Below, in pieces: positions 17,851 through 27,407 of a DNA stretch of 64,000 nt. Under the pieces are notes generated by a model. The model did no database searches, was not told the DNA's origin, and saw nothing but the letters and a program-made list of their open reading frames with translations. A program made the translations under genes and the position numbers. This DNA is from Bryobacterales bacterium (lineage in GTDB: Bacteria; Acidobacteriota; Terriglobia; Bryobacterales; UBA6623). The stretch covers positions 1,419,807 to 1,483,806 of the forward strand of contig CBDCCP010000002.1 of the NCBI GenBank assembly GCA_965214915.1, written 5' to 3'. The first letter of the stretch is position 1; each line of letters begins with the position of its first letter.

Positions 17851-20800
17851 GTGAGCAGATCTTTGCGCAAGCCGCTCTACTTTCTTTTTGCTTGCCTGCC
17901 GGCTTTGGCGCAAGTTCCGCCGACCGTCGAAGGCGCCGTTGCCTCGAGGCAAGTTCAAGAGCAATCGCTGCGCGATTTCGACATTCGGCAGCGCCCGCGG
18001 GCACAGTCTCCGGAAACGGCGCCGGAACGCAAGACCCTGCAGGACCCGGCGCTCATCCAACAACGCAAAGCGCAACTTGAGGCATACCGCGCGGCAGCCG
18101 AAGCCGAAGGCCGCCGGGGGCTGCGGCTCTCGGTCAATACATTCGGGCTGCCGAAGTCGATTTCCAACGTGATCGAGCCGCTCAGCGACCCCTCCACGCA
18201 GGATCCGGTCGTCATCGCCAAAAATTTCCTGCGGGCGCGCCGGGACCTGTTCCTGCTAAGCGAGGACGACCTCGCAACCTTGAGGCTCGTCGGCAAGGAC
18301 ATCTCCGACGGTGGTTTGTCGTTCCTCCATTTCAATCAGTCGGTAAACGGCATCGATGTCTATCGAGGCCATGTGAAGATCGCCTTGAACGCGGCGGGCC
18401 AAGTGATCCAGGCCGGCGCGGGAGAGATCATTCCCCAATTGCGCATAACCGCGAAGTCGGCATTGTCGGCGCGGGAGGCGGTTCTGGCGGCATTCGCGTC
18501 CCTGGGTCTCGATCTGCCGTCCGAGTTGCAGCCGCTGCCTTCCCGCGAGGCGCGGCAAACCGAGTTTCGCAACCCCGCGGGCGAGCGGTACAACCCGGTC
18601 CTGGCGGAACTCTCGATTTTCCCCATGACGCCGGCGTCGGCGCGGCTTGCCTACAGGATTTCCCTGGAAGCGGGGGAAACCGGCGCCTACGAGATATTGA
18701 TCGACGCCCAAGACGGCCGGCTGCTGCTCCGCCGCGGCTTGACCTACACGATGGGGCAGGCCCGCGTCTGGAAAAAGTCGCCGATCGCCGGCGACCGCGA
18801 GCTGGTCGATTTTCCCGCAGGCTGGCTTCCTCCCGACGGCGCCGTGACCACGGGCAACAACGCCGACGCCTATCTCCACGCAAGCGCCGCCGGCGGCCCC
18901 GATGCAGAGCCGCCCGCGGATATCGAGAACGGACGGGCGAGCAGCGCCTCTCAGTTTTTCGACTTCCCGGCGGCCGAAGGCTCGACCGGCGCCAATCCGC
19001 GAGACTTCCGGGCGGCTGCGGTGACAAACCTCTTCTACCTGGTCAATGCGGCTCACGATTACTTCTACGATTTGGGTTTTACGGAGCAGGCCGGCAACTT
19101 CCAGACGGATAATTTCGAGCTCGGGGGGAAACAGGACGACCCCGTCCAGGCGGAAGCGCAAGCGGAAATCAACAATGCTTCTTTCTGGAGCCTCTGGGAC
19201 GGAAGCCCGGGCCGTATGAGAATGGGTATTTTCAGGCAAGGGACGGAGGAGGAAGACGACGACCGCGACTCGTCCTACTCCGCCCAAATCGTCTTTCACG
19301 AATACGCGCACGGAGTAACGAACCGCATCGTGGGAGGGCCGTCTTCGTTCGCCTGCCTGAGCGGGACGCAGTCCAGAGGACTGGGCGAAGGTTGGTCCGA
19401 TTATTTCTCCATCAGCTACACCGATGACCCGGTCGAAGGGGCCTATCTCACAGGAGACAGCGAACGCGGCATTCGCAGGCAAAGCTACGAAGGCTATACC
19501 TTCACCTACGAAGATCTCGGCAACAGCGGCTTCGTCGCGCCGCATCCCGAAGGAGAAATCTGGGCCGCGGCGCTGTGGAACCTACGCAACGAGCTTGGAC
19601 AGGAGGCCGTGGACAAACTCGTTATGGACGGTCTCAAGCTGACTCCTTGCAACCCTGACATGATCGACGCGCGAGACGCCGTCTTGACGGCTCTGGAGTC
19701 GGATGCGGCAAAGGACGCCGCGGACCGCGCGGCGGCGTGGGAAGTTTTCGCCCGCCGCGGCATGGGCTACGCGGCCGGCGGCTTCAACGGCAGCGCATTC
19801 GAAGGAACGGTGTTCACCGCCTCTTTCGACCTGCCGCCCGACCTTCAGCCCGGCAATCGAAGCCCGGTGATCGCCGGCCGGCCGACCGTCACGCCCGGCC
19901 TCGGAGACAATTACGTTTACGACATCGAAGCCGAAGACCCGGATGGAGAAGACCCGATCTACGAGTTGACCGACGGCCCCGAAGGTATGACGGTCGACCC
20001 GGCTACCGGAACGGTTCGCTGGATGGCGGGTTTCACGCCGCAGCGAGCCAAAATCGACGTGACCGACGGCGCCGGCGGGAGAACGGTTCACGGCTTCCAC
20101 ATTCCCGTGAAAACGTTCTTGACGCCGAGCCGGCCGGTAACTATAGGAGGGGAACGATATTCTACCGGCTATGCCGTCGTAAATGTCCCTTTCGACGTGC
20201 CGGTCCTCCAGGTCACGCTGCGAGGCGGACGCGGAAACGCCTTCCTCGATCTGATCGAGCCGTCCGGCTTCCTGCCGGTGGGAAGCTCGGTCAACCCCGA
20301 CACGAGCCAGACGATCTCGATCTCGGCGCCTCAGGCCGGAGCCTGGAGCGTTGAGGTGTTCGGTCTCAACGAGTATGCCAGCGTGTCCCTGGAGGCGTCT
20401 CTTCCCGTTCCGACTCCGATCGACGCCAATACGCAGTTGCCGGACCTCGCGGCAGAGGAGACGAGCGAGACCTTTTACCGCGTCACCGTTCCTCCCGAAA
20501 CGGATTCTTTCACGGTCTCGACCGAAGGCGGCTTGGGAAACGTGGATCTCTATGTGAAGAGCAGGCGTCCGGCCGCCTGCTCCGGCCCCTTCGTGTTTTT
20601 TTACGATTGCGTGTTCGACGAATCTTCGGACGAGCCCGACACTGCGGAGCGCATTGTAATCGACAACCCGGAGCCCGGCGAGTGGTTTATCGCTCTCGTC
20701 GCTTCCGACGCCTATTCGGGAGTCACTTTGACAACGGCGGCGACAGCGGATAAAGTGCGCATCTTCGAAGGCGGCGTCGCGTTGGCGACGCAAACGCCGG

Positions 20801-21555
20801 TGATTCCCTCGATCTCGCCGGGAGCGATTGTCTCGGTCTTCGGCAGGAACTTCGCTCCCGAGGGCACATCCGCCGTAAGCCCTGAGTTAGACGAAGAGGG
20901 GCGCATTGCCGCAGTGCTGGCCGGAACCTGTCTCGAAATCGACGGCGAACGCGCGCGGATGCTTGCTGTGTCCGACCGTCAAATCAACGCGCAAGTCCCG
21001 GAAAGCCTGTCTCCCGGCAGGGCCGAGGTCGTGGTTGTTCGCGGCTGCGGCGCCGCCAATGAGGAAAGGAGCGCGACGATCGCCGTCGAGGCGGCCGCGG
21101 TTTCCCCCGGGTTCTTCAACTTCGTCAACAACGCCGACGGCGTCAACCCGATCGCCGCGCTGCACGGCGGCGGCCCCGGCTTGGTCGGCGAGCCGGGCTT
21201 GCTGCCGGGAGGCGAATTTACCCCGGCCGAACCCGGCGAGTTCGTCAGCTTCTTCGGCGCCGGCTTCGGCGCAACCGATCCGCCTCTGGCCGCAGGAGAG
21301 ATTCCGCTGCGGGCGCTTGCGGAGTCGGGCGGTTTGGCGCGTCTGGTCAACGAGGTAGCCTTCGCCGTCGACGGCATTCCCGTTCCTGCCGAAGACGTGT
21401 TCTACGCCGGCGCCGCTCCGTGCTGCGCCGGGCTGCAGCAGTTCGTGGTCAAGATTCCCGACAGCGCAAGCGACGGCAATCTTCCCGTCAGAGCGATTGT
21501 CGGCGGAGTCCCGACGCCCGCCGGCCCGTACGTAACGGTGCGGCGCAGGCAGTAA
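17851..21555 (+). CDS. secreted M36 (fungalysin-type) metallopeptidase with PPC-like, cadherin-like and TIGR03437 C-terminal domains
   Basis: GTG start 6 nt after the previous stop, with signal peptide. FTP-propeptide-like VNGIDVYRGHVKIALNAAGQVIQAG; zinc motif VFHEYAHGVTNR and GLGEGWSDYF. YELTDGPEGMTVDPATGTVRW is cadherin-like. The last ~280 aa match the Solibacter C-terminal domain (ISPGAIVSVFGRNF ... CCAGLQQFVVKIP ... GNLPVRAIVGG). Confidence 0.85.
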   Translation: MSRSLRKPLYFLFACLPALAQVPPTVEGAVASRQVQEQSLRDFDIRQRPRAQSPETAPERKTLQDPALIQQRKAQLEAYRAAAEAEGRRGLRLSVNTFGLPKSISNVIEPLSDPSTQDPVVIAKNFLRARRDLFLLSEDDLATLRLVGKDISDGGLSFLHFNQSVNGIDVYRGHVKIALNAAGQVIQAGAGEIIPQLRITAKSALSAREAVLAAFASLGLDLPSELQPLPSREARQTEFRNPAGERYNPVLAELSIFPMTPASARLAYRISLEAGETGAYEILIDAQDGRLLLRRGLTYTMGQARVWKKSPIAGDRELVDFPAGWLPPDGAVTTGNNADAYLHASAAGGPDAEPPADIENGRASSASQFFDFPAAEGSTGANPRDFRAAAVTNLFYLVNAAHDYFYDLGFTEQAGNFQTDNFELGGKQDDPVQAEAQAEINNASFWSLWDGSPGRMRMGIFRQGTEEEDDDRDSSYSAQIVFHEYAHGVTNRIVGGPSSFACLSGTQSRGLGEGWSDYFSISYTDDPVEGAYLTGDSERGIRRQSYEGYTFTYEDLGNSGFVAPHPEGEIWAAALWNLRNELGQEAVDKLVMDGLKLTPCNPDMIDARDAVLTALESDAAKDAADRAAAWEVFARRGMGYAAGGFNGSAFEGTVFTASFDLPPDLQPGNRSPVIAGRPTVTPGLGDNYVYDIEAEDPDGEDPIYELTDGPEGMTVDPATGTVRWMAGFTPQRAKIDVTDGAGGRTVHGFHIPVKTFLTPSRPVTIGGERYSTGYAVVNVPFDVPVLQVTLRGGRGNAFLDLIEPSGFLPVGSSVNPDTSQTISISAPQAGAWSVEVFGLNEYASVSLEASLPVPTPIDANTQLPDLAAEETSETFYRVTVPPETDSFTVSTEGGLGNVDLYVKSRRPAACSGPFVFFYDCVFDESSDEPDTAERIVIDNPEPGEWFIALVASDAYSGVTLTTAATADKVRIFEGGVALATQTPVIPSISPGAIVSVFGRNFAPEGTSAVSPELDEEGRIAAVLAGTCLEIDGERARMLAVSDRQINAQVPESLSPGRAEVVVVRGCGAANEERSATIAVEAAAVSPGFFNFVNNADGVNPIAALHGGGPGLVGEPGLLPGGEFTPAEPGEFVSFFGAGFGATDPPLAAGEIPLRALAESGGLARLVNEVAFAVDGIPVPAEDVFYAGAAPCCAGLQQFVVKIPDSASDGNLPVRAIVGGVPTPAGPYVTVRRRQ

Positions 21556-22383
21556 AAGCCGGACGGGGCGCGATTGGCCCGCATGGCGCCGAGACCGGCG
21601 GCGCCGGCTCAGGGCCAACCCCCTCGATACGCTCTCGAACCATCCCCACCAAAGCGGATATTTCAGTCTCGGATTGACCGGGAACAACCTGAAACACTGA
21701 AATCGGTATTCTTTCGGGCCGGCGAAAAATTTGCCAGGAACGCATGGGCGCCATAGAGTGAGCTTGAAAGGTATGCCGAACACGCTCCGAAGGAAACCGA
21801 TCGGGGGAGTACGACCGGGCGCAGCGGCGCCTCCGGGCGATGAGCTTGGCAGGTTCTCGCCGCGGGAGCCTCACAGACGGGCTTTCGGGCCGTTAGCAGT
21901 GTGGTTCCTGAGTCTGGCTCTTGGTCCAGGCATTGCTTTCGCTCAAGATACCGGGCATCTGCCGAAAGCCGGTGACTGGAATCGGATTCATGCATTGTCT
22001 CCGGGCGAGATCACGCGCGTGAAGATTCTCAAGAAAGAAGCCCCCAGAGGAGAGCGCAACGTCAAGGGGTTCTTCAGTTCCAGCACGGACACATCCATAA
22101 CTATTCTTTTCCAGAATGGAACAACAAGGACAATTGAAAAAGGAGCGATTTCAACCGTTAGAGTTCGTCGTCCTTTCAGAAAAAGAACTACGGGATGGGT
22201 TATCGGAATATCCACCGCAGTAATAACAGGTATTTACTTCGGAGGATTGGAGGATTTTACCCTACTTAGCAAATTCCTTGTTCCCTTAGTGTACACAGTT
22301 CCTGCGACGGTGATAGGTTTCTTCATGATGCCGACGAGACTGGTGTATCGCGCGCCAAGAACTTCGTGAACAGCGAACGCTAA
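21316..22383 (+). repeat. inverted repeat copy A (~1.07 kb)
   Basis: Matches the reverse complement of 43707-44779. It covers the last ~79 codons of the M36 gene, the 175-bp spacer and the small membrane-protein gene. The central ~830 bp is near-identical with one 1-nt indel in the spacer. A ~90-bp divergent patch lies in the TM-coding part, and the protease end is more diverged. Confidence 0.9.
21731..22369 (+). CDS. small membrane-anchored protein (IR-borne family, copy A), function unknown
   Basis: Signal-like AFGPLAVWFLSLALGPGIAFAQ, then a ~90-aa beta-rich domain (WNRIHALSPGEITRVKILKKE...KGFFSSSTDTSITILFQNGTTRTIEKGAISTVRVRRP), then hydrophobic C-terminal segments. The true start is probably downstream of 21731 (e.g. 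ATG 21773). The coding part is visibly AT-rich. Confidence 0.6.
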   Translation: MPGTHGRHRVSLKGMPNTLRRKPIGGVRPGAAAPPGDELGRFSPREPHRRAFGPLAVWFLSLALGPGIAFAQDTGHLPKAGDWNRIHALSPGEITRVKILKKEAPRGERNVKGFFSSSTDTSITILFQNGTTRTIEKGAISTVRVRRPFRKRTTGWVIGISTAVITGIYFGGLEDFTLLSKFLVPLVYTVPATVIGFFMMPTRLVYRAPRTS

Positions 22384-24243
22384 CTACGGCGCCCCAAGCC
22401 GATACGCCTTGAACGCCTCGAACAACCTTCCCGCCCCGTCGATCCCGATCAAGCGCACCGACAGCGTCGCCGGATACGACTTGGCGATGTCGGCGGGAAC
22501 CGTAAACGAACCGAACTGCTGCGTCCCCAGAATCCTCCGACCGCGGCCCGACCCCGCCGCCTCGGCCGTCCACAGCCAGAGCATCCGCTTGGCCGCGATC
22601 GTCGATTTCGTCAGCGTGGCGTTGAATTCGTACACCCGGCCGGCCGTCAATTCGCTCTCCGCCGGAAACTGGATCGCAAACGGCAACTCCGCGGGGTTCG
22701 TCTCGACCTCGCGCAGCTTGGCGCTCTTCGATTCCAGCTTGAACGATTTGTTGTAGTTCTGCTTCTTCCCTTCCCGGCGAACGTACAACACCCAGTCGTG
22801 TACGTCGTTCGGGGTCCGCGCGGTGAAGCGCTCGCCCTTGAACTTCTTTTTCTCGTCGATCCAGGAGCCGTCGATCGGGTTGTGCCAACTCACCTTGTAC
22901 TCGTGCTTCGGCATCGCCAGCTCGATCGTCCCGGGCTTCTCGGCATAAACGATGTACTCGACGCCGATCGGCTCCTCCGCCCGGTACGGCACGAGTTGCA
23001 GCGCCAGACCAGCCCCGCCGACTACGCGGTAGTGAGGCAGCAAATCGAAATAACGGGTTTGCGCAAAGAAGTCGGCGAGCAGCGTCATCTGCCGCGCGCC
23101 GGCCGAGTCGACGAACTGCGCATCGACCGCGCGGCCGTCGATGCCCGCCGTGCCGGAGTGCGCGAACGTCACGTACTGCCCGCGGATCGCCGCCGTCCAA
23201 GCCTTTTTGCGTATCTCGTCGGCCGACATGCCGCCGCCTTCAATCCCGATCCGGGTATTTACGAACGGCGCCGGCTGCGTCTCGAACTCGATCAAAGCCA
23301 GCGCCGGATCGACCGTGTTCTGCGTCATGAAGTCTTGCCAACCGTCGTAAGCCAGCGCCGCCGAGCTTACGGCCGCGGCCGTCGTTTTGGGGTGTTTGTA
23401 GGGATCGTACTTGTCGAGCGCCGCCGCGATTTCTTTCAATAACTCGCGGCCTTCATCGTACGATTCCCACTCCAGCATCCCTTGCCAGGTGACGTTGAAA
23501 GCCGCATACCGCGCCGCCATGTACTGGATATAGCGGTCGCGCTGCCGCCGCCGCGGGAAAAGCTTGACGAGCTCGCCGTCGCCGCCGGCCAGAATCAGAT
23601 CGACCGCCAGGCCCTTCATCGTCATGTAGTCGATACGGCGGTCCACCTCGCGGAAATACGCATGGTTCGGCTCGTCGGGAGAGCGGAAGGCGTTCGCCGC
23701 ATTGCCGGCGGGGCCCAGCGCTAATCCGCGCATGTGCGTAAACTTCTGCTCGACCCGCGCATCGACGATCTTGCGGAACGTCTCCCAGGGGACCAGCCCG
23801 AAATTGAGCATCGTATCGCCCAGCCAGTAGTGCGGCGTCAAGCTATTCGCATATTTGAAATAGCGCGTGTTGAACGCCTCGATAAAACCGGGGGTCCGTT
23901 GTGGAGCGGCGTCGAAGCTGCCGGTCTTCTTGGCGACGCTCTCGAGGTTGGAAATGATGCGGAAATCCCAGCGGCCCTCGAAGTCGGGCGCGAAGCGCAG
24001 CCGGAACGTCCGCCCGCCGTCCCAGAACCCCTGCATGACTTTCGTGCGCCCGCCCTTGGGCGAGCGGAACTCCGCGCGCAGGGTAACGCTCGTGTAAGGG
24101 TTGGGATGCTCGGCCGCCTCCGCCGCGGTCATCTCGAAGGCGATCTCGCACGGCTCGTAAACCGGAACAGGAGGGCAAACCTCGATCTGCTGCCCCGCCG
24201 CCGCGGCGGCAAAGCCCAACGCCAAAATCATCCGCAAGCTCAT
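22384..24243 (-). CDS. DUF5060/DUF4038 (GH140-like) glycoside-hydrolase-family protein
   Basis: 619 aa with signal peptide. N-terminal Ig-like segment (NPYTSVTLRAEFRSPKGGRTKVMQGFWDGGRTFRLRF) followed by HYWLGDTMLNF and a TIM-barrel-like region typical of DUF4038. The stop abuts the end of IR copy A. Confidence 0.7.
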   Translation of the reverse strand: MSLRMILALGFAAAAAGQQIEVCPPVPVYEPCEIAFEMTAAEAAEHPNPYTSVTLRAEFRSPKGGRTKVMQGFWDGGRTFRLRFAPDFEGRWDFRIISNLESVAKKTGSFDAAPQRTPGFIEAFNTRYFKYANSLTPHYWLGDTMLNFGLVPWETFRKIVDARVEQKFTHMRGLALGPAGNAANAFRSPDEPNHAYFREVDRRIDYMTMKGLAVDLILAGGDGELVKLFPRRRQRDRYIQYMAARYAAFNVTWQGMLEWESYDEGRELLKEIAAALDKYDPYKHPKTTAAAVSSAALAYDGWQDFMTQNTVDPALALIEFETQPAPFVNTRIGIEGGGMSADEIRKKAWTAAIRGQYVTFAHSGTAGIDGRAVDAQFVDSAGARQMTLLADFFAQTRYFDLLPHYRVVGGAGLALQLVPYRAEEPIGVEYIVYAEKPGTIELAMPKHEYKVSWHNPIDGSWIDEKKKFKGERFTARTPNDVHDWVLYVRREGKKQNYNKSFKLESKSAKLREVETNPAELPFAIQFPAESELTAGRVYEFNATLTKSTIAAKRMLWLWTAEAAGSGRGRRILGTQQFGSFTVPADIAKSYPATLSVRLIGIDGAGRLFEAFKAYRLGAP

Positions 24244-24317
24244 AACGTGAGCATAAACCGCCGCGTCGCGTCAGGCAAACTTCCCTGGGGCATCGTCGCA
24301 TAGTTTGCAGCGCCGCA

Positions 24318-24740
24318 TTATGAATCGGCCTCGGACTGGGGCTTTACATCGCGGGCCGCAGCGCGCAGGCCGGGCCAGGAAGCCGTCTGCCGTATCCGCG
24401 GAAACGACCGAACCGTTCCGCCGCTTTCGATGACGCGCAAGCGCTCGCACACCGCCCGCTCCAGCTCGCCGGTAGCCACGCCGCCCCATTGCGGGAGGTA
24501 TCCCCGGATTTTTTTCAGCCCCTTGCGGAGTTGCCGAACGGCGCCGACCCGGTTGCGCCGCCGATGGTGGTAAAACCCCACCGCGAAATGAATCAGCGCC
24601 TGCAGGAACCAGCGGTCCGGCTGCCGCGACGGCATCCAGACTTCTTCAAGATATTCATGGCAATCGTAAAACTCCCCGCGGTTGAAAAGGTCGATCCCTT
24701 CCTGAAAGAGCTGCAACGGATCGCGGCCCGCGGACGCCAT
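24318..24740 (-). CDS. DUF309 domain protein
   Basis: GIDLFNRGEFYDCHEYLEEVWM ... WFLQALIHFAVGFYHHRRRN is the characteristic DUF309 signature. Confidence 0.85.
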   Translation of the reverse strand: MASAGRDPLQLFQEGIDLFNRGEFYDCHEYLEEVWMPSRQPDRWFLQALIHFAVGFYHHRRRNRVGAVRQLRKGLKKIRGYLPQWGGVATGELERAVCERLRVIESGGTVRSFPRIRQTASWPGLRAAARDVKPQSEADS

Positions 24741-24746
24741 TGCAGC

Positions 24747-27407
24747 TTAACGAGGCTCTTCGCCGCCGACCCAGATCGGGGACGACCAGGCGCGGGCGCC
24801 GTTCAGTTGCTCCACGCGGATGTAGTAGTAATCGCCGCGGCCGGGCTCGCCCGTGTCGACGAACTCCAGGTCGTAGTTCAGGGGCGGGTCTTCGCCGAGA
24901 AATTGGAGCGAAATCGTATCGATGTCCTTGCCGACCGGAACCCGCCGGGTCAGCAGCCCTTCGTCGAGGCGGGAGAAGGGGAGGCGCACCGTTTGCGCCG
25001 GGATCGTCATGTACCCGCGGATTCTCGGCGGCGCCTTGCCGTACTCGACCGTCTCTTTCAGCCTCACGACGATCTCGGTTGCGGGCGAGGCGCCCGCGAG
25101 CTCGAGCAGCAGGCTGTCCGCGCGGCCGCGGGTTTCGGTGTAGAAAACGACTCGATTCGGATCGTTCGGGTCCGTTTTTGCGAATTCGATATAGCGGTTG
25201 TCGAAGTTGAGCGTCCGCGCCGCTTTGAGCGTTGCGCCGCGCACTTCGAGCGCGCCGCTCCAACGGCGGTAGGGGCGGGGGTTGTCGCGGAACAGGGGCT
25301 CGGAAGAAGACTCGAAGGCTACCCGCACCTTGGCCTCGGCTGTCAGCGCGGCTTGCGCCGGGCGTTTTGTCCAAACGACATCGCCGTTCTTGACGACCGA
25401 GGCTTCGACGATCGGCGCCGTGCCCATAATGCGGGCGCGGAGGCGGCGTTTGTCGGTATAGGGAATCCGCCGGCCCATGACGGCGCCGTTGAGCTCGAGA
25501 GCCATGACGATGCGGTCGGCGGACGTTACCGCATACGTTTTTCGGGCGCGGAGACCGTCGAAGATAGCGTCGGCGGTCTTCGCCGGCGCCATGACGGCGG
25601 CCAGTCCGCCGAACTGCGCCAGCGCGGCCCGACGCAACGTTCCGCTGTAGCCCGGACGACTGCGATGATCGTCCGAGGCGGCAATGAAGCCGATCTGATG
25701 GCCGCGCTTGAGGTAGTAGTTGCCGAACCATTCGAACGTCCCGTGCATCGACATGATCTCGACGAGGCGTTCGAGGTCCGGGTCGTTGCGGCGCCAATCT
25801 CCGGCGTTGTGCGCGTGGGGGATAATCAACACGTCGTTCGGCTCGAAGAAAGCGCGCAGCCCCTGGTAGAGCCGCGACAGAGTCGATGCCCGCTGGATGG
25901 GCATGCGCTCGCGGCCGGGCGTCCTGTAAAAAACGTTGTGGTGGCCCCCCAGCGGACGCCGCACGGTCCACTCGTACGCCGGGAAGGCGATGAACTCCCC
26001 ATCCTTGCTGTAACGGCGCACCGCGTCTTGCATGGCCCGCCATTCCGAGTCGTCCATGTATTTGTCGTGCTCGGAAAGCCCCAGAAAATCGAGGCGGGCG
26101 TCCTCGCGGGCGTAGCGGTAGGAGCCTTCGACCGTGCCCTGGCCCTCGGCCATGCCGGTGTGGGTGTGCGTTTCCCCCCAATAGATGCGATACGGCGGAT
26201 TGCGCCTGACCCAGACGGGGTTCGACGATCCCGTGACGGCGCCGTCGGGCGAGCGGAAAGCGAAGCGATAGACGCCTTCCGCGTCGATCGAGAGTCCGTC
26301 GAGCACGTTGACTGCGGGGCCGCCCGCCGCGATCTTCTGAAACGGACGGCCGTTCAGCGTCACTTCGTAGGCGGGAATCGGCCCCGTGGCGCGATTGTAC
26401 AGGCGGTCTTCGCTGCGCACCGCCAGAGCGAACTTTTCGCCGGGTTCGACGATCGACGGCGCGAAGCCTTTTACCGACCGGACGCCCTCGCCGACCACCC
26501 GGAACGACGGCCAGTTCAAAGCCAGCGGCCGCCGGCTGCCGTCGATATCGACGAAAACGGGCAGCAACACATCGTCGTTGGCCATCGACTGCAGCAGCCA
26601 ACCTTTCCCGCCGCCCGAGCGGTCTCCGTAGATCAGCGTCACCGTGCTTCCCTTCTCCAAGACCCCCTCGGCGACGCGGTAGGCCGGCATCGGCAGCGCG
26701 CTGCCACGCCCGGCTTGCAGCCCGCCCATAGCGACTCTCGTCGTTTCGAAACGGACATTCGGGTCCGACGAGCGCACCGCGACATAGTTGTCGCCGGCCG
26801 GATCCTCGATTTGCAAGACGCCGCCGTCCCAGGCAAGTTGCTTGGCGACGATCAGCGTCGCCCCCGTCCGCAGGGGCGCGCCGCCGACAGTGTAAGTCTG
26901 CTCGATTGTCTGCCGGGAGCCGATGGGGAACGGGCCTGCCGCGTCGAGGCTCAATTTTCCCAAGCCGTCCGGCTGCTCGTCTTTGAACGTCAATTCGTAG
27001 ATCAGATCGTCCAATTGACGGGCGAGGCTGTCGTCGGGGAACAGCGCAGAGCGGTGCGTCGCCTTTTCAGCCTCGAGCAACTTCTCGAAATCCTGCAGCG
27101 AGCCGCGGGCCCGCTCGTTCTCGAAAGTCGTCTGGAAAATCCACGAGGCGACGGAGGGGCCGTGAGGCGGAACGGGGCCTCCCGTGAGCGAGTAGGCGTT
27201 CAGCCATTCCCAGAAAACTTCGTTGCGGGCGGCGATCGTTTCCGCCGTCGTGGGCTCGCGGCGCACGTCGGCCTTGAGCGCCTCGACTTTTTCGCGCAAT
27301 TCCGCCGACAGGTAATCCGGCGGACCGCCGCAGCGGGCGTTCGCGAACAGGACGGCCAAGGCGGCCGCCGTCAGAGCATGGGCGCGGAGTTGAACAAGAC
27401 GTGGCAC
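24747..27407 (-). CDS. large secreted metal-dependent hydrolase-like protein (DUF3604/PHP-like)
   Basis: Start set at GTG 27407, preceded by GGAGG (VPRLVQLRAHALTAAALAVLFANA signal). Metal-binding-like blocks YWGETHTHTGMAEG, LGLSEHD, IIPHAHNAGDW, AASDDHRSRPG. C-terminus YYIRVEQLNGARAWSSPIWV resembles DUF3604 ends. The family call is from memory only. Confidence 0.6.
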   Translation of the reverse strand: MPRLVQLRAHALTAAALAVLFANARCGGPPDYLSAELREKVEALKADVRREPTTAETIAARNEVFWEWLNAYSLTGGPVPPHGPSVASWIFQTTFENERARGSLQDFEKLLEAEKATHRSALFPDDSLARQLDDLIYELTFKDEQPDGLGKLSLDAAGPFPIGSRQTIEQTYTVGGAPLRTGATLIVAKQLAWDGGVLQIEDPAGDNYVAVRSSDPNVRFETTRVAMGGLQAGRGSALPMPAYRVAEGVLEKGSTVTLIYGDRSGGGKGWLLQSMANDDVLLPVFVDIDGSRRPLALNWPSFRVVGEGVRSVKGFAPSIVEPGEKFALAVRSEDRLYNRATGPIPAYEVTLNGRPFQKIAAGGPAVNVLDGLSIDAEGVYRFAFRSPDGAVTGSSNPVWVRRNPPYRIYWGETHTHTGMAEGQGTVEGSYRYAREDARLDFLGLSEHDKYMDDSEWRAMQDAVRRYSKDGEFIAFPAYEWTVRRPLGGHHNVFYRTPGRERMPIQRASTLSRLYQGLRAFFEPNDVLIIPHAHNAGDWRRNDPDLERLVEIMSMHGTFEWFGNYYLKRGHQIGFIAASDDHRSRPGYSGTLRRAALAQFGGLAAVMAPAKTADAIFDGLRARKTYAVTSADRIVMALELNGAVMGRRIPYTDKRRLRARIMGTAPIVEASVVKNGDVVWTKRPAQAALTAEAKVRVAFESSSEPLFRDNPRPYRRWSGALEVRGATLKAARTLNFDNRYIEFAKTDPNDPNRVVFYTETRGRADSLLLELAGASPATEIVVRLKETVEYGKAPPRIRGYMTIPAQTVRLPFSRLDEGLLTRRVPVGKDIDTISLQFLGEDPPLNYDLEFVDTGEPGRGDYYYIRVEQLNGARAWSSPIWVGGEEPR

